Origin: Camelus dromedarius
Taxonomy: Eukaryota
DNA: 64,000 nt
Assembly: GCF_036321535.1 (NCBI RefSeq)
Contig: NC_087447.1
Location: 33,978,001-34,042,000, forward strand
Direction: 5' to 3'
Shown here piece after piece: positions 37,501 to 50,564 of this stretch. The position numbers were made by a program, and so were the translations under genes. Below the pieces are notes generated by a model. It saw only the letters and a list, made by a program, of their open reading frames with translations. It was not told where the DNA came from and did no database searches. Position 1 is the stretch's first letter. The number at the start of each line of letters is the position of its first letter.

Positions 37501-40500
37501 ACTCTCTGGTCAAATACATCTGTGTCAGACTGGATCACACACAGCCTGCTTAGCAGCTCTAAGAGTTAGGACACTAACAAAGCCTTCATAGAGTACCAAT
37601 ACACGCCCGCCCCGCTGCCTCCCAACCCGGATGATGGCAATGATGCAGTTTCCCAGACTTATTTGGCCATGAACTTTTTTTTCCCAAAATTCTCTGTGGG
37701 CCTAGAGTTCCACGGAACCCACTCTGGCCTGGGGCGTAACGTCTCTAGCTGATGAGGCCACAGGAAGCTCCAGCAGCATCATGCGTGGGCAAGAGCTCCA
37801 GCATTTCCTCAGCGTGCTCCTCGCGACCCCTCGCTAGCCTACAGCAAATCATGCTTTCCCCATCTGCAGAAAGGGACCGAGTCCAAGGCTCTCTGGCAAG
37901 AGTAACTCACCAGTATCGGCTGAGCCCCATGTCAACAGGGTTATTAAGATTCCATCATCTCAGAGTCATAAGGCTAATGGGATCTTTTGTTATGTAATTT
38001 CAGCAATAAACTCTAATTATTTGTACCTGACGGAGGTCGAAAAAGCTAAAGACTGTTCAGCTTGCTTAGGTAAGAGTAACTGTGGTGGAAGGGAAAAAAA
38101 ATACAACCCGCATACACGTGCCCCAACACAACTGCAGCCACGGTTTCCTGTGCCAAGTCACAGAACAAGGACTGTGGCTCCCAAAGCTCCCGCGTCTGCG
38201 GGCGGCCGGAGTACCTTTGACAGCCACGGAGATGGTCGTGTTCTCTCCGACCAGGTAGCCGCAGGGGAGGAGCTCAGGGGTCTCGGAAGCGTTGCTGCGT
38301 TTGATCTCCCCAATGCTGTAGCCGAGGACGCTGTCTGAATTCAGCCCCAGCTGACTCACCGGATCGACATGAATGATGTATTCCTGGAAAAAAAAACAAC
38401 AAAAAAACCCAAAATAAAGACCCCGTCAAACACGTGGCCAAAAATCTGCCCGTGACTCATGTTTTCACTGGGTGATTTACAGTCACCTTCTCCTCTGTCT
38501 CAGCTGATGCCTGAGTTGAAATACCAACACTGTGGAACGAGGGACAGAAGAGCTGACTTTCTGTGGGGATGAAGCCCTCGTACCACAGGCCTCTTAAAAT
38601 ACAGATTTATTTGCTTAGTGATGGTGGTATGGGGGTGGGGGGTGGGAAACCCTAACAGGATGGTGGACGTTTAGTCTGGATGAACCAAGCACGGAAATGT
38701 TAGGCTGCCTGTCCTCTAAGTTCAGCTGAAGTCTTGAAGACGTCAGGGCCTGTGAGGTGTGCTGGAAGATGCATGAAAAAGTAATGGACAAGAAATCTCT
38801 CTACCAGCCCCTTCTTTTGGCTCAGGTCAAGGCCCATCCTATTGACAAAGGGAACAAAACCTGGGGCTGCTAGAAAAAAAGCAACTCTTGAGTTCTAAAG
38901 AAGCCAATGTGTGTGGAGTTTGGAAGGTGTTCCCTCTTAGGTGAGTGACCAAAAGGTTGTAGGTCATTGAACTTGGAATGAAGGTCTGTGGGCAGAAGGC
39001 TGATAACAAGCCTCTCCCTTTAATGGCCCCATTTCCTCATGTGTGACTCCCCACAGAACCTTTTTGTCCACACTGTCGTCCTTCTAATCCAAAGATGTCC
39101 AACGGCACGCCAGCAGAGACCAGGTTTAGGCTGGGGAAGCAGACCTGGGCTGCCCTAGGCCACGCCTGTCCCTCACCTGGTCACAGTTCTACAGATGGCC
39201 CGCCAAGACGGGGAGCGAGCTTTGGTCAGACAACAGAATTTCCTGTGTGTGAAGCCTCCTGAGTCTAGATGTTAGGAGACTGGAGAGCACTGGTTAAAAG
39301 TCAGGTTTTGAAATCAGACCAACTCAAGGAGACCAATGTGATCTCTGGCTCAAAAAATGTGGGCCATTATTCGTACTCAGGGGATATGATTAATGAACAC
39401 TTCTGGTTGTTAACCTATTTCAAGTCAATAGAAAAAATGTACCAAAAGCTTCTTTCAAACCACTTAGTATGTCAAGGTTCACCTCGATACTCATTAGTTT
39501 TTTCTCCTGTGGCAAACACCCACTCCAATGATGGGATTAGAACGAACAGAAAAATAACTATGCCAACATCTTTGACACTGGCCATGGATCAGAAGTCAGT
39601 GTCACTTGGAGTGCAAATCGCAGACTCTGAAAGTGTTGGCACAGGACGCCAGGCACGCTAGATCAAATCCTCTCCCCTCAGATGAAGGAGGGAAATCTGA
39701 TGTCTCAGCCCCAGCCACAGGACACACACTGCAAAACATACTCAACAGGACACAATTCTAAGGTGAAGAGAGAATGTGGACATGAGCAGTTCACCATGAG
39801 AGGCTCAAATAATCGCTCAAGGCCAGGGAATGACTCTTACTGGCTGGCCAACCCCTGCCAAGGGCAGACAAGAACAGTTGGGCCTGTTCCCAGTCTGTAC
39901 TTACCTTCCTCCTTCTGTTCACAGGTCCCAGCATCATAAGGATGTGGGAGAGGGGACAGGCCCGAGAAATGACCAGGTTCTGGACACAAACCTCCCGTTC
40001 CCTCCCTAAGCCCAGGCCCCCGCTCGGGGAGAGAGACCGGCACAGCCGTCTTCATGAAACACTTACTTTGAACAGCCGTCTAACCACCCCATCGAGCACA
40101 TCCCACTTGGTCTTGCCACTAACGCCAATGCAGCCAATGAGAAAGAGGTGTGGTCTGGAATCCTAAGGGCAAGGAGATGTACGCAGGTGAAAAATGGGTG
40201 GATCTCTTTTGACTCAGTTTAGCAGAGGACTCAGATTGTCTTAGAACTCCACCAACGATTTGAGAGGGGAATAAAATTCCTATTGTTTTAACACCAGCTG
40301 TGACTTAGATTGAATGCTACAGTCTTAAACACTCTCCTCCTCTATTGCTAATACAGCAACCTGTGGGTCAGGGAGAGAGGATCTCCTCTCTGGAATCTAG
40401 AGCCTTCTACCAAGCGTGTACCCTGTATAGTGTGTAGACCCTTGCATGGAATGCTCTCCCCTTTCTGCTATCCCGTCTTTCCAAACTTTGCTTACAAACT

Positions 40501-43500
40501 CACCTCTTCCAGGAAGCCTTCAATGATTAACCCACCAGGCTCAGAGTTCACACCACTTCAATAGTTCTGTACACAATTTATATGTGTACTCTGCACTCAT
40601 TTATTTTTAGGTGTTTCTGTCTTATCTGTCTATCAAGTTTGTCTCCTTGCTAGATCTTAAACTCCTTCAGGATAGACTATGTTTCTATTTCTTCTTCTTC
40701 TTCTTCTTTTTTAAATAGTATTGATTTCTTTTCTTCTAATTAAAAGTTAAAACATGCTCAGTTCAGAAAACTAGTCAGACTCCAGGAAGTTCACAATCAT
40801 CTTTTCCTACTTCTTTTGTATCTCTGCCCGCAGGGCTCTGCATAGTGGGGGCTAACTGATCATACTGATTAAAGGCAAGCTAATAGAACATTCCATCGTG
40901 TTTGATTTTAAAGTATCTGACATGCTCATAAGAATATAGAATTAGGAGCGTGAGGGAGGTGGGAAGAGGGTGTATTTGGCAGTTAAGCAGAATCAGTGGA
41001 GAAAAGAGCACCAATCTTGCCGTGAGGTGGTCTGGCCCCACCACTTGCCTCACAGCCTTAGGTAAGTGATGCTTGGGTCTTGGTTTCTCAACTGTAAAAT
41101 GGAGATCACACCTGGACAACCAACCTCATCTGGGTGCTGGGGTAGTCCAGAACAATGCAATTTTTGAAAGTGACTCAGACTCAAACTTTTGTTAAATATA
41201 AGATCTATTTGTGCTGATGATCATTAGAATAAAATGCATTCACAAGTATCACTTGCATTTGTTAACAGAATGTTCTAAGAACAGACTTCCCCTTGATAGT
41301 TTATCACTCTGCTAGCTAAGCTCTGAAAATCAAGCTATTTATTGGATCCTTTAGGCTAGGTGATGCTCAAACCCCTGGCAGCTCCAAAATCCTGGGGTTA
41401 CCCCCTTCAGTGAGTCTAGACAGCCAGCCACAGAGTGGCATCCCCTGGCAGAGAAGTCTGGCTGCAGACGCTTTGTTCTGGAGGGCACTGCGGGCTCCCT
41501 AGCTCTCAGAGACAACACTAGCATGTTGGCTAGAATATTAAGAAATAACAATCAAACAAAAAACTCAAAGGGACGTAAATTAGGGACTCCTGAGTCTTCC
41601 CATGTATCTGAGAGATGGTCATTCAGAGCATCATTTGGATTTAATCAATGACTAAAAATCGACTCTGGTTGCCAATCCCCACCCATACCCTGAGACAGTT
41701 GCTTATAGGGGTACAAACTCTAGACCCTGGAAGAGAATAGAACAGAAACTGCTCAGAAAACTCAGGACCGCCCCCTCCAGCCTCAGTGAGTGAGGACGCC
41801 CCGCCACCTTCATTTCGAGCCTCCTGCGATCTGCCGGGCTTGGCCGCCTCTGTCTCCCAGCGTCTACCTGGTCAGCAGCCTCTGACAACTGGCTAAAACT
41901 GGTGCTCCTGGTCGGCTGAATTTGCTCTTCTGTACCTTCTGTGCTACATGTGCTTAGCTGCCTTTGAAGAGCTTTGGGAAGAGATTAAATTCAGAAAAGC
42001 CATCTCTGACTGATGCGAGTGTTTAGTTAGTGACATGAAAGTGCAACACGGGCCATCTTTAGGGCTCTTCGTAGACGTTCCAAACATAAGAGACAGGGAA
42101 TGGCCGTTGGCTCACTTCCACCGTGTCGAAATGCTGCTGGGGTTTAGCGTGAGTTAGGGAAAGCGTTAGTACTATTTCCGAGTCCCCGCAGGCTCCGAGG
42201 TGGCAGGGTGTAAGGATGAGATCACTACGCTAGGTAGTTCTACCTGGCGCAGGGACAGGCAGAGCAGGGGGAGGGATCCAACTAACCTCCTTCCACTTCA
42301 TTTCCTCCTGAAAGCTGACAACTATCTTAACATGCCTGCCTCCTTCCTTCCGAGCCGAGCATTCACCAGTGTCATCCAGCAACATGTCTGCGAATGGAAA
42401 ACATCAACAGCCTTAGGCACGTGGGGACAGCAAAGCCGGCTTCCTGACACCCCCGCCGCCTGTCGGCACGGCAGCGGGACAAACCAGGTGTCAGGGTGCG
42501 GGGGGGCGTGGGGTGGGGGCAGGGGAAGGGGCGAGGGCAGAATGGAGGATGCAACCACAGAAACCAACAGTGGACCAACCAAGGAGCCAGCAGGCTGACG
42601 ACGTGCCTTGCCAAATGGAAGTGCGAGGGAGACTCAACCGAAACGCTAGCAACAGCAGCATCATGGATAAGAACTCAAAGCGTCAGTCTCGATGTGCTTA
42701 CAATGAAAACCTGGATCATGGTTGCTAACTACCACACAGCCTGGAATCCAGCCCGAAGGCAGGAAGGTCATAAACCAAGCCACTGCCCAGGTGGGACTGG
42801 CTACCATGGGGTAGGGTGGGGGGGCAGGGGTTGTATGTAGCATACAGCTTGCAGGTCAGCCTCTTAAAATGGGTCGAACAAAACTCAGCATGGTGGGCGA
42901 GGGGATCCAAGCTCACAGCCTGGAGAAACTGGGGCGCTGGAGCGAAGCATGACAGCAGTCTAACGGCTGGGCTCATGTTGGTAGCAGACGCACACCCAGA
43001 CACACGCACACCCTAAGTGCACACACGCTTGCTGCCTCTCCTTTTGATCTGCTGCTCTGCTCATCCTGGGGCTTCTGCTTGGAGACCAGAGTGCCTGCTG
43101 CAGGCCCGGTGACACCACTCACCCAGGCTGCTTGACTCGGCGAGGTTCAGGCTGTGCTGGGAGAGGCCCATGGACTGCCTTGGGGAGGCAGAGAGGGACA
43201 CCTGGGAGGGCGCCCGGCTGCAACCACTGCCTTGTGACTCCGACTTCAGCCGGTCATTCTCAGCTTTCAGCTTCTCTATTTCACTCTGCGAAGGGTAAGG
43301 GAGAAGCTCACTTACTAGGTGGATACAATGCAAAAAAGCCTTTTATGGAGGAGGGATTTAAAAGTTCTCTGCAGGGATCGAGTGGGAATCTCAGGCGAGA
43401 TGGAGTAAGTTACACCATCAGAGAGATTCAACAGTGTCCCCTGCCCTTGCTGGATACACAAGACCTCTCCAGCCGGGGAGGGGCTGTCTTTTTCGAGACC

Positions 43501-46500
43501 TGGCCTTTAACAAGACCTCAGAAATGTCTCCCAGAGTCTGAGTGGAAGGTGGAAAAAGTCTTACCTGAGAAATTTGAGAAACTTTGGGTTTCTCAACCCA
43601 GACCTTTACTGCAGGACTTCTCAGAACTTTAATGAGTTGGTATATGCGTTGTGAATCTGAGGGGGGCAGTACTTCCTAAACATATTTGATCAAGGCGCTT
43701 TCCTTTCACAGAGCTTCTCGTGGAAAGTGTCCCAAGGAACCTCCCTTGGGAAATTTAGTAGAACTCACAGTGTTCTTTCACTCTCTGAATATTTACGAAG
43801 AACCTACTGTGTGTTAAGCACTGGTGCTACATCCAGAGAAAGGGGTGCAAAATAATAGCTCAGAAGACTCAAAAGCCTTCAATCCGCGGCAGGAGAGAAG
43901 GGCCCTACAAACAAATCTATAGGAATTCAGGTCAGGGCACTAACTCTTGAAGCTGCAGGACTTGGAAAAGCTTTGCAGAGGAAGAGGCATCAGGCTGGGC
44001 CTTGAGGGAAGGGTGTATAGAAGGCTATCCCAGTGGAGGGAAGAAAGGAAACAAATTCCTGGGGCAGGAAAAGGGGGCCGTCGGTGGCTCCCTTTGGCTG
44101 GTGAGCAGAGTCTGGAAGGTTGATTTCGGAGTGGGTGGTGGAGTAAGAGGACAACGCATCCTGTAGAAGCCTTGTGGGCCAGGTACAGGAGACAGTGCTG
44201 CAGGCAGGAGGCTGTGGCAGTCAAGGGGCTTGGTTACTCTGACACTTCCAAAAGATTGGCTTTGAGCAACAGAGAGGGCCTATAAAGAGAGCAAGGCTAG
44301 GAAGGCAAAGCAGCCCTCGGGCGTGGCGGAGGGCACTCCTTCCCGGGCAGCCTGGGGCTCAGTCGCGCTCCGACTCTCACCTGCATCCTGTTCATGGCCT
44401 CCCGGAGCTGGTCCAGCTGGTGCGCAGAGCTGAGGGCTTCCAGGCGGATGTCGGTCAGCTTCATCTCCTTGTCTCTCAGCTCGTTTCGGAGCTGCATGAC
44501 CGTCTCGGCCTCACTGTCCATGCACTCTGAAATGCTAGAGAAAGAGGAATGTTACCGACCAAGACAGCTCTGAGCTCCGCCCCTTTTAGTCCCCCACTGA
44601 CAACCACTCCATGTCCATCATCACGTTTGTTCAGGAGTAACCCTGTACGACCAGCTGCCCTGTGCTTCCTGGGGGTGAAAATATCAAAGCACTTGAAATT
44701 CACAGACTTTACTGCTTCTCTACACTCTCTCTGCAGAGCTCTGGCAATCAGAATGGCATTGTTGCCCCTTTCAGCCAAATCCCAGTAATCTAGGGATAAA
44801 GAGGAGCCTGCGGAATGGAACAGCAACCTTGGGGCTTTGAAAGCCTCTGTGATGTGTACACAGCTGGGCCCTATGCTGACACTACATGGCCTCTGAGATC
44901 TAAACCCACTCAGAGAAACGATGTCATCTGTCTGTTTTTAAGATTCGACACTCCAGGGTCAGACATCTGAGGATGATATTTATCTGCCAAAAAGGAGAAG
45001 AAACCTGAAGATATGGGTGGAAGATGCTAAGTCTGCTCCTGGACACATTCTAAAATCCACTCCCCTAAAAGGGTCTAGAGAGCAGTCTTTTATTCCCCCA
45101 CCCCTACAACAAGCTCACAGCAAGGAAGAGAAACATCTCGGGTGGTCAGAGAGTAAGGATGATGTGACATGGAAGCCCAACTTTTATCTGAAAGCATGCA
45201 ACAGCGCGGCGAGCTGTTCTCCTTCCCCAGCTGGACACCAGATCAGGGGACCGCAGGACCCCGTGAGTCCCTCTGTCTTAAGAAGTGGTCCTTCCAGGCT
45301 GGGTCCCTTATTTGATTAGTTAGGTTTGCTCTTTCGATGTCTGGCAGGTCAGCACAAAGTGGAAGATAGTAAAAGTCATGATAAATTGTAATGTTAGAAA
45401 AGTTAGTTCTATTTTATAAGAAAAGTTCTGTTGATTTCAAGGATTATAGGAGCTGAGGTGAGCGGTGATCCAAAAGAGAATGCTTTGACATTTCTTGGAC
45501 TGACAACAGAAAAAAGAAAAAAACAAAAAAACCCAAGTCCATAAAGTTACAAAGCTGAAGCTGATTATCTCTGAAAGGCACGGTGAGCATGTGGTGTCTG
45601 CAGAAATGGTCACGGGAGACCCAAGTACTGGATGTGAGGCCAAACCAAACCTGACATGTGAAACTGGTAGAGGGTGTGGAAACGCTCACTGCCAAAGGAA
45701 AAGCATTATCATGGTTAAAAGAGATGCAATTGTATTTCGGGGGCAGAGAGGACTAGAAGAAAAATTTAACATCTGAACAGCCAAATCTTTTTGTGGCTGT
45801 TTTCCCAGCCTGCACTTGAACTGTTGCGAGAGTTACAAAACCACCTCTTATTTTCAAAAGTTGTCAGCAGCCAAGGAAACTTCTCCTCTACTTCAAAATC
45901 TTCTAACACTTCCAATGGACTCTTTCAAATCTTATAATTCTTCCCACTCCATACCTATAAGAAACTGAAGTCAACAGATTTGGTGCTGAACTGTCTTTAG
46001 AAATCAGATCATCCCCCACACAGATCTCTGCGATGTGAATAGCCTGTGGTTTGGAGGGTTTAATGACAGTCGTGCTTTTTTTTGGTTTGGGAGGTTTGCA
46101 GCAGGAGCATGCAGAAACTGGTTCTTTCTGGAGAAAGGACTATGGTTTCCGGGTTTAAATGGAGTGTAAAGTCTGAACAAAGTTCCACGGTGACACTCTG
46201 GTCTTAGCCAAACCATGCCCGGCACAGATCTCAAAGGCTCCAGTCCACCGCAGAGAACCGGCTTTGGTTCACACTGTGTCAGTCCGTCTGTCAGTCCACG
46301 GCAAGGCATTTTGCTGCAGTCTCTTTTACCGGGTCTGTGCTTTTCCCCCAGGAGGCTTTCTCAGCAAGAGAAGCCACATTTTCTCAGGACCTGCTTTCTG
46401 GAATTTACCACATGGGTTACTTTGTGAAGCTTGGCCAATGATGACGTCACAAAGGGAAGCAAACTAGAAGGAAGAAAGTCTGTGTGGGAGTAACTGCACC

Positions 46501-49500
46501 AAAGGTCCTGGGCCCTTCAGTTAGCCCCTCAAATCGGCCAGTTCTCAGAAACACACAACACAGAGATGATGTTGAAAACAAGCCCCAACTAAGTTAGTCC
46601 TTATGCCGACTGCCCAGGACGGAGCCTTTGCCCCTCGTCCCTTCGGCACTAGACTTCTGCTCTGTCACTGATAACCCCTCCCTGCCTGGCTGCTGGCTCC
46701 CAGGACCAGGGTTCTTCTCTACCTCATTTGTCGTGTCTGATGTCACTGATCCACACGTAGCAGGTGCCCCGCAAACGCTCACTGAACACGTAGGCCACTG
46801 TGGTAGGCATCTGCAGTACATTATTTAAGGTACCACGGACATCACTAACTCCAGGAAGTGGTACTGCAATGACCTCCGTTCTAAAGATGGGGAGGCTGAG
46901 GCAAAGAGGCTGACGTGCCCATAAGAAATGCCAGAATCAGAAACAAATCTGGTGGGTCTGCTGAACCTGAGGGCCCACACTCCTGGACGACAACCAGCGG
47001 GCACTCACGTTCGTCCGCTCCATGGGCTACTTACTGAAGCAGCCTGATGCTCACCGCTTCCTACTCAGTCCCTAGCACTTCATTCCAGCACATTCCCGCC
47101 AGTCTTGCCCAGGTGGCAGGGCTGGTGGAAGACCTAATTTTAAACGCCCGAATATGGGAAATGCTGCCTTCCCACACCGCCATTCCTTCCACCCACGGAG
47201 TAGGAAATTTTCTGAGCCCCAACTCCTCTGCCTTTGGTTTCTTCTTTGAACTCTGTCTCATGTCTAGATCTGCACATTCTTATAAACCCTTCAAGGCTGG
47301 AAAGAAGCATTTGCTTTCTGCCCACCCTTTGGAAAACCAGACCCAAAACAAACATCTGCAGTGTGCATGGATGCTGTGGAATGTCAGGGAAGGGCTGCCG
47401 AGCCCAGAGGCAGCCCCACCCAATCCCGATGGGGTAAGTGGTTTGGACAGAGCGCTCTCTCGCTATGGTCTCCAGGAGCCCCATGTGGCTGAGTGCATCA
47501 TGGCCACCCTCCCCTTACCTCACTTGGCCACTTGGCATTTGGCCTAGTTACTACTCCCGCCTCCAAACAGTTTTCTCTCTGTTCCTGGGTTCCTACCCCA
47601 GAGCTCAGACCCTGCCCCTCTGCCTCTTCTCCACCTCTATTCAACCCCTTTGGAGAATCCCTCCAGCTCTGGGATGATGGCATGTGAGTCAATGATGGCC
47701 GGTCCTTTACTTGCCTTCTGGGCTCCCTGCAGGTCACATAGGACTCACACTCCCAATCACTGGCCTAACCCCTCACACCAGCACACAGGGCAGCTGGAGG
47801 GGCACTGCTGTCCAGCCATCAGTGCTCCTCTCCCCTGACCCCTGTTTACACCTTCGCCCAAAGCAGAAGTGCCTGTCCCCATGGCCACCCTCCTACCAGA
47901 GTGCTCCCCAAGAGAAGAGGAGCTCCTCATCTGAGTAAAATGGAGACCCTGATGTGCTGCACCGGCGAGTGGGCTGATAAAAACATCAGGGCCCTAGGCT
48001 GTCTCCTCATTTCCACCTCCTGTCTCCTGTGTGGTCCGGCAGGCCGCGTGCTACAAAGGCCTGGCTCACCCTCTCACCTGCATTTCCTGCACCCATCTGG
48101 CAGGCCGGCCTTGGGACACTGGCACAGGCCGCTGTCTTCAGCGGGTGGGCTAGCAGGCTGTGTGGACCGGGGAGTGGCCCCACAGAGCTGGCCTCCTGAG
48201 GCTGAAGGAGGGCACAGCAGGAGGCGGCCCTGCGTGCACAGCACTCAGCCGGGCCCTCCCAAGACGCCAGTGACGCAGATGTCATTCATCTCATGCTCAC
48301 CAGTGAGGAAATGGAGGTGTCTACCGCCACCCTACTCCCTTGCTCAACCCACTCTCAGAGGCTGTCCTGAGCGCGGCGCCGTGGTCATCCTCTCCCAGGC
48401 ACTGTCTGATCTCGTGGGAACTGCCCCCGCAGACTGCTTGGCTCCGGTCTTCCTTCCACTTCTCACCTGGCTCTACCAAGGTCTCTGGTGGGATTCGGCC
48501 CCGCAGGGAAAGGGCAGTCGCTTGCACTGCTGCCGGAAGCCGGCCGTGTCGCCTTCTGAGCTGGCACCTGGATCCCCGACTGTCTGTCCCACGCCATTCC
48601 TGACCTGTTCTTTTTTTTTTTTTTTAAAGATGTTTTCGTGGGGAGGGTAATGAGGTTTATTCATTTATTTAAGTGGAAGTACTGGTGACTGAACCCAGGA
48701 CCTCATGCATGCTAAGCATGCGCTCTACCTTCCCCTCCACCCTCCCCAACCTATTCTTGCCTCTAGAGTCTGGGCCTTACGTTTTCAGATGGAGGACAGG
48801 GCTGTCTCCTATGACGCTGATGGAACAACGATCGCTGGGCACTCAGTGGAAACCACGGGAGGTGGGGGTGGGCTGGGCACCTTGGTGCCAGGGGAACAGC
48901 ATCTCAACCAATGTCAAGTGAGCAATCACCTGTCTCTCTCAACCAGCTGTGTTCCTGAAGAGCTCTGTACAAACTGACCCATTTCCAATTCACTGGGAGA
49001 GGCCACGGTGATGAATCATTCTATGAAACAGAGAGCCCTTCGCTAAAGAGAACTGCCACTGAATCTCTCCGTTTTTTTAAACTTCCAAATTCTAAGCACT
49101 GACCTCAGAGAAAGAGTCCACACTAAATTTTGATCAAAGAAGAAAAGTGTAATCTCTCTAAGCCCTGTCACCCAAATGAACCAGAATTTCAACCCAAACT
49201 GCCAACATTTATATCATCATCTCCCTGTCACAGCAGGACGGTTGTAGCTTTTCACATCCACTTATCTTGTTTAATCCTAGGATAGGATAAGTAGACAACA
49301 ATTATCCCAATTTGACAAAGCAATGGAAACAAAGAGAGGCTAAGCCGCCTGCCCAAGACGAGCCAGCTAATTATCCACACTGATGCCAGCAGAGCAAAAA
49401 CTCGAGTTTTCTCTCTCTTTCAACGTCCCCAGTCCTGAGCCACTGCAAGAACACGCGTGGTCCGGTGAACCTAAGACACACAGGACCCAAGGAGCAGATA

Positions 49501-50511
49501 CAGCATAAGAGGACCCCCGGCCATTCCTGCTTGAGAGGGTTCCCGGGGCCAAAGACGTCGCCTGACCAGAGTGACCCCAGCAGACAGACTTACAGAGAGT
49601 TGGAGTGAGAGGTCCTCAGCAGCGGAGTGGAGCCCGCGGAACCGTTGTGCGGCAGCTTTGGTGAGGAAGGCAGCGAAGAATCCGTCATCTCCTCGATGTC
49701 CGAATGAGAGGATGCCGACTTGGGGGACTTCTTCTTCCCGAAAGCTTGCTTGAAGGAGCTGCGTAACTGAATTACACGAGACCGTCAGCCTGGCCGGGGC
49801 TGCGGCCAACACTCAGGCCTCGGCCAGAGGCATGCAGACCGAGGAGCAGGCCGCTTCTCCCGCGTTCTCCTCCCGCCATGGAAAAGGCTCCCGACAGCGC
49901 TCTCGAGTCAGTGCATTAAGGGAAGAAGAGTTATCTGGTGTTGACAGCTCAGAGGACTGGACCTGTGGGTGACATTTCATGCCTACTCTTGGGTCGAGGC
50001 TAGATGCCCACTGCAAGACAGAGCCTGGCTCAGCGGACGGATGTGGGGAGGAGGAGGTTACACAGCAACAAGGCGGGGTGCTCAGACACGGGACGGATGC
50101 GGATGAGGTTAGTCATATCAATGGATGGGTTAGCTTGGTATCTGATATTAAGGTTGGTCTTGCTTACCTCATTGACCTGCCAGAGAAAACGCAAGCAAAA
50201 ATGGGGAAGGGGAAGGAAAAAAGACAATTTTTAACAGAGAAAGCCAGTGACAGGGAAAGCTTTGGACTTTTTAGACACCACGTGGCTAATAATAAATACC
50301 ATACACAGAGGAGGTTTCTGGTAGGATCAGGAGTCTTTCAAAGCATTAGGGGCCTCTTCCTCTATTACAGAAGGTGAGGAACAGCAGGTCTGGAAGTTCC
50401 CCTATAATCCGAGCTCCGCTAGCTTCTCTGTCTGGTTGAAATGACTGCCCCACCTTCCTATGTTCCCTCACTCTTTTCTGGCCTCTTATCAGACATCCCT
50501 AAGCCATATAT

Positions 50512-50564
<53 letters not shown>

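Noticed and set aside
42493..42540. G-run cluster with G-quadruplex potential
   Set aside because: Common in GC-rich introns, lies on the template strand, and has no supporting context.
45950..46045. Possible cassette exon (ccacag|GCTATT...TTATAG|gtatgg)
   Set aside because: Stop codon in the frame required by the flanking phase-2 exons, and a poor pyrimidine tract.
47901..48650. 249-aa plus-strand ORF (and similar ORFs at 18859..19455, 28766..29377, 18015..18572)
   Set aside because: No recognisable domain. These are GC-rich or antisense to NAV2 exons/UTR, and the first runs into a SINE poly(T); consistent with chance ORFs.
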